From: an uncultured Candidatus Saccharibacteria bacterium
GTDB lineage: Bacteria; Patescibacteriota; Minisyncoccia; Phycocordibacterales; UBA9973
DNA length: 64,000 nucleotides
Assembly: GCA_964456475.1 (NCBI GenBank)
Contig: CAYVZI010000001.1
Coordinates: 11,762 to 75,761, forward strand
Reading direction: 5' to 3'
The translations under genes and the position numbers were made by a program. A model generated the notes under the pieces. That model was given only the letters and a program-made list of their open reading frames with translations, was not told the origin of the DNA and ran no database searches. Of this stretch, positions 57,058-64,000 are shown piece by piece (positions within the stretch are counted from its first letter, which is position 1; each line of letters opens with the position of its first letter).

Positions 57058-58365
57058 CTAAATTGGCAAATTAGAAGGTGGCTTCGCAACTTTAGACTCA
57101 ATTCGCTTAAACGAAGGCGCCTGCGAAACCTGACCAGGGAAATGGAACAGTGTGGCCAATTCTTCGACATTCACTACACCAATAACAGGTCGTTTTGATG
57201 GAAAAAATGTGTTGACTAGACTTGGATAATCAATCGAGTACCAAAACGGCGGATGATAGAAAATACGATGTCGATACCAGTTGAGCATGCGATTCGTAAT
57301 CTTATGCAAAAGAAGTCCTGTTGGATCAGCGTATGGGCCATCTACTCCAGTCGAATTCAATTTTACAAAACTATTCCCATCAGGATTCGCGTACTGTCGA
57401 AAGAGAAGTCCGCTCGCCATGGTTATTTTATTGAATTGATCAAACGAGACATACTTTTTTTCTGCAACAACAACGACTCGAATTCCAATATCAAACCCAA
57501 GTTTTTGAATTTTCTCTTGAATTTTTTTGACCCGACTTGCCACCATATCTGGCGGACGTACTTGCACGCCGACATCTCCTGCAATTGCTCCAGCTTTTGT
57601 AAAAAATTCTTGTGTATAAGGAGCAAGAATACGATCGACTTCCTCATTTGCTTCATCTATCCAGCCGATATGTTTTCCTGTCTTGTGTGAATGATATGCC
57701 TTGCATGATGGGCGCACGACGTGTTGAATCCAAATCTGTTCACCACGCTTGAGCGAGCCAAGCAATTCTATTGTCGGTGTAAGTGGGTCAATCTTGAGAT
57801 TTTCCTTGTCGCTCGGTTTGTCGAGACCATAATCAACATAGGTTCGAATCGGCTTGGAATCGTGTTCCACGAGCTTGAATTCTGCTCCCCAAACATGCCA
57901 GTCATCATTCGGAGCATCAAATGGTATCTTCATTGAATAATCCTTCGCATCGCGAACTTTTGCTTGAGGATACTGTGCGTACACTTGCGTTTCGATAAGA
58001 TCGCGAACACGCGAAGGTGTACGGATATAGAATTTTACAAAGCCCTCAATTCCAACGATTTCGAGCGAAAACCAAAAATGGGGTGATCCTTCAAACCAGA
58101 TATCCCACAACCCTTTTGTACCAGCATGATAGAGTGCATTACTGAAAATAAGTTCCATGGCCATTGGACTCTTTTCAATTTCACGAGGAATCTCAATTTC
58201 AAGAAGAGACCATTTCATGCCAATGATATATCGCTCTGTGACAAAATGGTGCCACAATTCAAATCCGATATACATCAGTAGTATCGGAGCCCATATGAAT
58301 GCAAGTTTTCCAATAATAAAAAATATGAATGAAAAAATTGCACCAAGAATGCCAAGTACTTCCAT
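57058..58365 (-). CDS. hypothetical membrane protein (N-terminal 2 TM, large soluble domain)
   Basis: 435 aa with no NTPase or other recognised motif. Confidence 0.55.
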   Translation of the reverse strand: MEVLGILGAIFSFIFFIIGKLAFIWAPILLMYIGFELWHHFVTERYIIGMKWSLLEIEIPREIEKSPMAMELIFSNALYHAGTKGLWDIWFEGSPHFWFSLEIVGIEGFVKFYIRTPSRVRDLIETQVYAQYPQAKVRDAKDYSMKIPFDAPNDDWHVWGAEFKLVEHDSKPIRTYVDYGLDKPSDKENLKIDPLTPTIELLGSLKRGEQIWIQHVVRPSCKAYHSHKTGKHIGWIDEANEEVDRILAPYTQEFFTKAGAIAGDVGVQVRPPDMVASRVKKIQEKIQKLGFDIGIRVVVVAEKKYVSFDQFNKITMASGLLFRQYANPDGNSFVKLNSTGVDGPYADPTGLLLHKITNRMLNWYRHRIFYHPPFWYSIDYPSLVNTFFPSKRPVIGVVNVEELATLFHFPGQVSQAPSFKRIESKVAKPPSNLPI

Positions 58366-58412
58366 ATATACAAGTATACTCTAGTAAAACTCTAAATCCA
58401 AAACTCTAAATA

Positions 58413-58904
58413 CTAAAATTGGACTGGCACTGCATAGACGAGCCCTGTTGTACTCACAAACACGATTTTTCCCATATCAGTTGAAGGTGGAGTCAATAGC
58501 ATGAGATCATTTCCGAAATACATTGGATATCCATCTGTGGTATTCGGTACAACAAGGTCAGATGGTTTTGTTATCGGCATTCCCATGTCATCGAATACTT
58601 GTGCTGTTCCAGCAATAGCATATCCACCTGGAGTACCTCCGTACATCCAACCACACTGATTGATATATCCCGACACTTTCACGGGAAAAACTATTTTCGT
58701 ATTCGAATCAGGTTTTTGCACAGTGAGACCACACGGCAAACGAAGTAATGACTTTATGTTGAATGAATCCCAAAGAACTCTTTCATCCTTGAAGAACCCA
58801 GAGAAAATGAATGCCAAAAAAATAAGTATTGCAATAACTGCAATAAAGTTTACTCCGCCCTCGCCACGTTCGTGTATCATTAAAACATTATAGCAATAAA
58901 TCAT
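58413..58904 (-). CDS. hypothetical membrane-anchored protein
   Basis: TM helix IAVIAILIFLAFIF followed by a ~120-aa beta-rich domain. Confidence 0.5.
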   Translation of the reverse strand: MIYCYNVLMIHERGEGGVNFIAVIAILIFLAFIFSGFFKDERVLWDSFNIKSLLRLPCGLTVQKPDSNTKIVFPVKVSGYINQCGWMYGGTPGGYAIAGTAQVFDDMGMPITKPSDLVVPNTTDGYPMYFGNDLMLLTPPSTDMGKIVFVSTTGLVYAVPVQF

Positions 58905-58966
58905 AAAATCACGAGAAAAAAGCCCCCTGTTTTACAGAAGGCCTTAATAAAAAGCAAAATAGATAG

Positions 58967-59614
58967 TTACAGATACTGCAAGATAATAAAAGACAACATT
59001 AGAAGTAAAGATATAACACTCAAAATAGCGGTGAGATTTTTGTTATCAGTAGTAAAGGCAAAAATCATAAAACTCATAACACCAGCACCTATACTCAATA
59101 ACGGAAAATCAGCGATAAAGCCGATACTACTAAAAAATGTCACTAATGCAATAGCTGTAGCAAATAATGCATACATTATACAAAATATTCTCGACGAAAA
59201 ATTGCATAATATCATACAAAGAATAGATAGTGCCGCCAAAAACAAATGCCACGCGAAGAGTACTGAGGCAGAGCTTCCGTTATTACCCACAGCAACAATA
59301 GTGCTACCAGTAAGTAAAATGCCTTGCGTATATTCTTCGCAAACATATATCTCAACCAAGTTTTTCATTTTACTAGAGCGGATTTTCCGCTCTCCAACAG
59401 CAATTGTATCACCAGGATGGTCGATAGCTTGCTGAAAGAACGCATTATATTGCTCCGCATCCTTTGCGACAAAAATACCAGTGTTTTCATATGTCACCAG
59501 AGTATCAGGTGCGATGCGATAGTTTCCGTCTGAAGACTTCTGCAATTGCCGTTGAGCAAAAAGAGATGTTGCGGTTATCAATGCAACAACGCAGAACAAT
59601 ACTATTCTTTTCAT
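58967..59614 (-). CDS. hypothetical protein with signal peptide, ~100-aa ectodomain and 3 C-terminal TM helices
   Basis: Hydropathy pattern only. Confidence 0.5.
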   Translation of the reverse strand: MKRIVLFCVVALITATSLFAQRQLQKSSDGNYRIAPDTLVTYENTGIFVAKDAEQYNAFFQQAIDHPGDTIAVGERKIRSSKMKNLVEIYVCEEYTQGILLTGSTIVAVGNNGSSASVLFAWHLFLAALSILCMILCNFSSRIFCIMYALFATAIALVTFFSSIGFIADFPLLSIGAGVMSFMIFAFTTDNKNLTAILSVISLLLMLSFIILQYL

Positions 59615-59734
59615 ATTTTTAAGTTTTTAAAGTTTACATGTATTATATCACTTAAATTGTATATAGTCAAATCCCCCGCGAGCTAAGCTCTTGGGGGATT
59701 TGACTTGTTTTAATGCTTTTGTGTTTTCTTGTGG

Positions 59735-60766
59735 TTAGATAGGTGAGTATTTCTTGTCTTTGTTTTTCTTGAAATACTTTGGGTTCTGAAGATTCACAAG
59801 GATTGTGTTCTTTTTGAGGTAGCGTTCCTTGAGAACTTTGTCTACCACTTCTTCCTTGGTGAGCGGTCCTTCACGTTTCAAGATTTCCTTGATGACGTCA
59901 CGGACGACTCCCGGCTTGTATCCCCATTCTTGAAGAGCATACATTCCGCGTCCAACAAGTACGAAGCGTTTGTCTTTGATGAGTTCGTTGTGGCAAGTAG
60001 CTGTGTGACACTTCTTCACAAATGTATCGGAGATCGCTTCTGCAACTTCACGGAAGTGCATCGGTGATCCGTGCTTACGCATCATAAGATATGCAAAATC
60101 CTTGATACCACGAGCCTTCACACCGCTTGCTGTAGCGCGTCCCATTTCGCCGAGTGGATTCTTACAGATTCCTTTTGAGAGACAGAGCCATCGCTTTGCA
60201 ATTTCTTCATCAACAGTAGCAACGTTAATCTTTTTCAATTCATCAAGGAAACGATTTACCATTTCACTTTCAGTAATGAGTTCGTCATCATCAAGCTTTT
60301 CGTACAATGACTGAAGTGTAGTGTGTACTTTGTCAGAAAGGTCTGTATCAATACTCCAGCGAGATACAAAATTGTCGTCTTCGCGGTGTTTGATGAATTC
60401 ATCTCCAAGAACAAGGTAGAAGTGGATGTGATTCTGAGTTTCCTCATCCTTTGCAATACTTGAGAGAAGGTCGTCTTCTGCTACGAGCCCGCCGAGTTCA
60501 GTAATGAGTGATTTAAGTTCACTCCAAGTAGACTTTTCACTCTTGTAGTCGTCTGATTTTTTGATGAGGGCGAGTGCAGCCTGTTCAATCTGACGAACAC
60601 GCTCACGGGTAATGCCGTATTTGTCTCCGATTGCCTCCAATGTCTGTCGTTCAGCAAGGGTTCCAAGTCCAAAACGGCTCTTGATAATATCAAGAGAACG
60701 GTCCTGAAGCGGGGAAAGTATTTTTTTTGTGACAGCCTTTGGCTTAAATGATATTTTCTTTGACAT
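59735..60766 (-). CDS. DNA-binding protein with N-terminal sigma-70 region-4 HTH and C-terminal HARE-HTH domain (not a sigma factor)
   Basis: N-terminus LDIIKSRFGLGTLAERQTLEAIGDKYGITRERVRQIEQAALALIKK is a region 4.2 consensus. C-terminus MHFREVAEAI...FVLVGRGMYALQEWGY is a HARE-HTH/RpoE-delta-like pattern. No region 2 or 3 motifs. Confidence 0.65.
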   Translation of the reverse strand: MSKKISFKPKAVTKKILSPLQDRSLDIIKSRFGLGTLAERQTLEAIGDKYGITRERVRQIEQAALALIKKSDDYKSEKSTWSELKSLITELGGLVAEDDLLSSIAKDEETQNHIHFYLVLGDEFIKHREDDNFVSRWSIDTDLSDKVHTTLQSLYEKLDDDELITESEMVNRFLDELKKINVATVDEEIAKRWLCLSKGICKNPLGEMGRATASGVKARGIKDFAYLMMRKHGSPMHFREVAEAISDTFVKKCHTATCHNELIKDKRFVLVGRGMYALQEWGYKPGVVRDVIKEILKREGPLTKEEVVDKVLKERYLKKNTILVNLQNPKYFKKNKDKKYSPI

Positions 60767-60922
60767 AAATAAATTTTGTTAGATTATTACAATTCGATTC
60801 TATCATTATTGCCTGAAAAGTCAAACAATCGCTCTGGAATCTTCACTCCCCTTTTAATTTCGATTTGAGTACTATAGCACATATGTACCAATTTAGTCAA
60901 ATTCGGCTCAAAATAGCCATTT

Positions 60923-62023
60923 TTAGCTGACAAGTCGAACGATGTCATGGAATGTCACGTAGAGCATCAGTAGAATAAGCAAAAGAAAACTAACCTTATT
61001 CAGACCGACAATTACTTTGGTTGGAATGCGAGAACGTCCGTTTTTTGCAAAAAATTCCATAATACAACGCCCTCCATCAAGAGCCGGGATTGGCAACAAA
61101 TTGATGACAGCCAAATTGATCGAGATAAGTGCAACAAACGAAAGGAATGATCCAAATCCAAGTGAATATGCCTGACCTGCAATTTGAGCGATCCCGATAG
61201 GACCAGACACCTGTCCGACCATACTATCCCCACCACCAAACGAACTTGAAATAAGGAGACCGAGTGATTCAATAATGTGCACAAACTGATTTCCAGTGTA
61301 AGTAATTGCAACTTTCATTGATTGCCAGAATGGAAGGCGGACGTGAGTAACTTCGGCGAGACTAATACCCACTGTTGGCGTATCACCTACTTTTTCTGCT
61401 TTTGGAACAACAACAAATGACTCACTGTTCCCGCTTCTATCTACAGTAAAAACAATCGAGCCAGTCGAATGTGCTTTGATAAAATGAACGACATCGGAAA
61501 CAGTTTTTGGTGTCGATGTATCTTTTGCACTAGCGAGCGCTACAACAGAATCACCGGTACGCAGTCCAGCAATCTCTGCCGGGCTGTTCTTTGCAACCGA
61601 TGAGATGATAGTTGTATCTCCCCCAATAGTAACCGCATCTGGAAATTCGCCAGACTGCGCGAGAAATCCAATTGAAAATGAGCCAATATATAAAACGACT
61701 GCAATCACAAGATTGGCGACAACTCCAGCAAGCACAACGGCGATACGTTTCCACAATTTCTGATACGAAAAAAGAGTCGAGGTGTCTGACTGCCCTACTT
61801 CGGTCAGTTCTTCTCCGTAAATCTTTACAAAACCACCGAATGGAAGCCAGTTGAGCGAAAAAAGTGTTCCCTTCCAGGTGAAGAGTTTTTTTGCACGTGG
61901 CGGATACCCTATTCCAAATTCGTCTACACGGATACCAAAAGCTTTGGCAACAAAAAAATGCCCGAGCTCATGCCCGACAACGAGCACTACTATTACGATA
62001 AGGAAAATGAGGATGGTTTGCAT
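60923..62023 (-). CDS. rseP: RIP metalloprotease RseP (M50 site-2 protease with PDZ)
   Basis: HELGHFFVAKAFG (HExxH), an internal PDZ, and an LDG motif near the C-terminus. Confidence 0.9.
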   Translation of the reverse strand: MQTILIFLIVIVVLVVGHELGHFFVAKAFGIRVDEFGIGYPPRAKKLFTWKGTLFSLNWLPFGGFVKIYGEELTEVGQSDTSTLFSYQKLWKRIAVVLAGVVANLVIAVVLYIGSFSIGFLAQSGEFPDAVTIGGDTTIISSVAKNSPAEIAGLRTGDSVVALASAKDTSTPKTVSDVVHFIKAHSTGSIVFTVDRSGNSESFVVVPKAEKVGDTPTVGISLAEVTHVRLPFWQSMKVAITYTGNQFVHIIESLGLLISSSFGGGDSMVGQVSGPIGIAQIAGQAYSLGFGSFLSFVALISINLAVINLLPIPALDGGRCIMEFFAKNGRSRIPTKVIVGLNKVSFLLLILLMLYVTFHDIVRLVS

Positions 62024-62029
62024 AAGAAG

Positions 62030-62058
62030 GTTCTAGGATCTAGCTTCTAGGTTCTAGT
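62030..62058. repeat. CTAGG-type element arm overlapping the 3' end of the four-helix-bundle gene
   Basis: ggttctaggatctagcttctaggttctag. Confidence 0.65.
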
Positions 62059-62390
62059 TTAATAATCATAACTCGCAACATTTTGCTTACTTCTTCGAGT
62101 AATTCAAGGTGTGACTGAATACTTAATGAATACAAATCTCGACAAAGAAATAATTGAGTCTCAAGCTCTGAAGCGGAGCCATATGATAAGCACAAAAAAT
62201 GTGCGTAATCTTTTCGAGTCTTACGACTTGAACCTTCTGCAATATTCGAGATGATTGAAACACTGGCTCTCCTCATCTGAGACTGAAGAGCATATATTTC
62301 CATTTGAGGAAGTTGAATTTGATAGACAAGCTTAGTAAGATCATAAGCCTTTTTCCAAACTGTCAGATCTTTATACGAATTAAGTGACAT
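62040..62390 (-). CDS. four-helix-bundle protein (23S rRNA intervening-sequence protein family, TIGR02436-like)
   Basis: YKDLTVWKKAYDLTKLVY...LQSQMRRASVSIISNIAEGSSRKTRKDYAHFL..GSASELETQL matches the family consensus. Confidence 0.8.
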   Translation of the reverse strand: MSLNSYKDLTVWKKAYDLTKLVYQIQLPQMEIYALQSQMRRASVSIISNIAEGSSRKTRKDYAHFLCLSYGSASELETQLFLCRDLYSLSIQSHLELLEEVSKMLRVMIIKLEPRS

Positions 62391-62398
62391 TTTGTATT

Positions 62399-62433
62399 CT
62401 CTAGAACCTAGACCCTAGAAACTAGCACCTAGT
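62399..62433. repeat. CTAGG-type element arm just upstream of the four-helix-bundle gene
   Basis: tctagaacctagaccctagaaactagcacctag, inverse to 62030-62058. Confidence 0.65.
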
Positions 62434-62968
62434 TCATTACTTCTTGTTCCTTTGTTTCAAATACACTTTCGAGTTTTGCGTTCGCGTCAGTTACGCGTTT
62501 TTGAATTTCATCTTTCGTACGACGGTCATCATCTTCTGGAAGTTCCTCTGATTTCAATTCACTCATTGCAGTCTCGCGTTCTTTACGAACACTCACACGA
62601 GCATCTTCGAGCTTTTCCTTGAGTACTTTTACAAGTCTTGAACGATTTTCTGTGGTGAGTGTTGGGAAAATCACACGCATGCCATCACCGTCTACAGCAA
62701 GTGACACACCGAGGTTAGCAGCGGCAATTGCACGCTCAACATCCTTGATCACGCTCTTATCCCAACACATAACGCGAAGCGTTTTTGCGTCTTCAATATT
62801 GACCGAGCCCACGTTCTTGATTGGCTGAAACGATCCATAGGCTTCCACCATTACGCCATCAAGGTACGCCGGCGATACACGACCGGTATGCAAGCGCGAA
62901 TACTCGCGTGCGAGCCATTCGACTGATTCTTTTAATCCATTGTCTAAAGTTGTGTAATTGAATGCCAT
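62429..62968 (-). CDS. frr: ribosome recycling factor
   Basis: RRF-typical length and pattern ...LHTGRVSPAYLDGVMVEAYGS... Confidence 0.9.
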   Translation of the reverse strand: MAFNYTTLDNGLKESVEWLAREYSRLHTGRVSPAYLDGVMVEAYGSFQPIKNVGSVNIEDAKTLRVMCWDKSVIKDVERAIAAANLGVSLAVDGDGMRVIFPTLTTENRSRLVKVLKEKLEDARVSVRKERETAMSELKSEELPEDDDRRTKDEIQKRVTDANAKLESVFETKEQEVMN

Positions 62969-63077
62969 ATAGAGCTAGTATATTAGTATTTTAAAAAATA
63001 GTAAATCGGGCAATAATCTTGAACACCTATTGACCTTGCGATTTAGTAGAGTATGATACTTTTCAAATCTCATTTGT

Positions 63078-63272
63078 ATGACAACAGCACAAATTAAGAA
63101 TGAGGCCAAACGAACATTTGGCCCAATCAATGGCTACAGCGGAATCGGATTCGAAAACGGCAAAGTTATTGTCTATGTTACAGACCCAAACTCGGTCTGT
63201 GGAAAATCAAAAATTCCGCCCTATCTCTCAGGTATGGTTCAAATTAAAACTGCAAAAAAGAGATCTAAATAA
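63078..63272 (+). CDS. small hypothetical protein
   Basis: 64 aa, followed by a terminator. Confidence 0.4.
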   Translation: MTTAQIKNEAKRTFGPINGYSGIGFENGKVIVYVTDPNSVCGKSKIPPYLSGMVQIKTAKKRSK

Positions 63273-63309
63273 CGATGGGTATTAATCACGTCCCTCACAA
63301 AATTATCTA

Positions 63310-63345
63310 AAAAGCCCCGAATCATTGGGGCTTTTCTATTTTACA
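63310..63345. terminator. bidirectional intrinsic terminator
   Basis: aaagccccgaatcattggggcttt followed by a T-run. Confidence 0.75.
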
Positions 63346-63369
63346 AAGTGAGTGCAATGGTTTCCAAAA

Positions 63370-63987
63370 TCATCTTACCGATGAGCCAGACATATAGAGA
63401 TACTTCTTGAATTTGAGGATTTGCTCGAGAGATTTTTGGTTTTTTTGAGGGTCCTTGGCGAGGATTTGCTCGAGGCCGTCGAGGAACGAGACGGCCTTCT
63501 CGCGGACTTGAGCCGAGGCATCATCATCTTCAGACTTTTCGGCAAGCTTCGCAATGAATTGCATTCTTTCAGAGATTTTCATTTTGAGAAATTCAGAGGC
63601 ATCAATGCTTGTTTCGTTTTGCGATATCGGCATGAGCACCCGCACACGAGAAAGAAGCGTCGGCAAAAGTAGTTCCGGTTTTGGCACTGCCAAAAATATA
63701 TGGGTATTCGCAATTGGTTCTTCGAATGTTTTGAGAAGTGCATTTTGCGCTTCATTATTGATGAAGTCGGTATAGATAACAGAAACTTTTCGTTCCCCCA
63801 CCGGCATGAGTTCTTGCCAGCCACGAATCGCACGTGCATCATCCACCGAAAAAGCTACAAATTCTTGTACAAAAAAATCCGGATTGCCTTGCACGACAAT
63901 TGATTGGTCTTTCAGGAGTGCTTCAATATGAGCGCGCGCATCAGCGCGCGCTCCCCCAACAACATAACTATGAAATAAAGTTTCCAT
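63370..63987 (-). CDS. holB: DNA polymerase III delta-prime subunit (minimal form)
   Basis: NALLKTFEEP and the sensor motif LLSRVRV; 205 aa. Confidence 0.75.
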   Translation of the reverse strand: METLFHSYVVGGARADARAHIEALLKDQSIVVQGNPDFFVQEFVAFSVDDARAIRGWQELMPVGERKVSVIYTDFINNEAQNALLKTFEEPIANTHIFLAVPKPELLLPTLLSRVRVLMPISQNETSIDASEFLKMKISERMQFIAKLAEKSEDDDASAQVREKAVSFLDGLEQILAKDPQKNQKSLEQILKFKKYLYMSGSSVR

Positions 63988-64000
63988 AAATAGTATTTAG

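Noticed and set aside
59735-60766. Calling this gene rpoD/sigA
   Set aside because: Only a region-4 HTH is present, and it sits at the N-terminus. There are no region 2 or 3 motifs, and the C-terminus is a HARE-HTH domain.

Overview
This is an AT-rich, gene-dense bacterial chromosomal segment with mostly short genes and many convergent gene pairs separated by hairpin terminators. I found no rRNA genes or CRISPR array, and no tRNA was evident on manual inspection, though I could not run a tRNA search. The gene content suggests a reduced-genome lineage such as Patescibacteria/CPR; this is an inference, not a verified result. The evidence is a stand-alone gatB next to short AspRS and GluRS genes, a minimal holB, a protein of the 23S-rRNA-IVS four-helix-bundle family, and many small membrane ORFs.

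Recognisable core genes:
- Translation: rplI, rpmA, rplU, gltX, aspS, trpS, cysS, gatB, frr, and a pseudouridine synthase.
- Replication and repair: dnaB, recR, holB, lexA.
- Cell envelope (dcw-like block): Mur ligase, mraY, ftsW, murG, a DD-carboxypeptidase, mltG, an M23 peptidase, and an S41 protease.
- Chromosome segregation: scpA, scpB.
- Other: dnaJ, rseP, an NAD-malic enzyme, an M20 peptidase, an ABC exporter, an ABC-F ATPase, an Nramp (mntH) and a divergent CorA-like transporter, and an orphan sensor histidine kinase.

Main non-housekeeping observations:
1. A 351-bp cassette encodes a small GIY-YIG nuclease and is bounded by perfect 30-bp inverted repeats. The ends belong to a family of about 30-nt hairpin elements dispersed in at least six other intergenic sites.
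2. A second intergenic family of palindromic elements is built from CTAGG/TTAGGG-like units. At one site these elements flank the four-helix-bundle gene, and at another they wrap a terminator.
3. Two ~130-bp direct repeats at about 97% identity bracket a ~1.7-kb insertion, a ~1.97-kb unit with one copy included. It carries a GNAT acetyltransferase, two tandem paralogous small proteins and a Ser-rich peptide. Downstream lies a NUDIX-fusion plus P-loop kinase pair.
4. A divergent mntH/corA control region holds at least five iterated ATAC-N-GTAT palindromes.
5. At the lexA locus, an upstream small ORF is preceded by a 16-bp perfect GAAC-N4-GTTC palindrome.
6. A protein combines a sigma-70 region-4 HTH with a C-terminal HARE-HTH domain and lacks sigma regions 2 and 3.

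Coordinates I derived by hand may be off by 1-2 nt.
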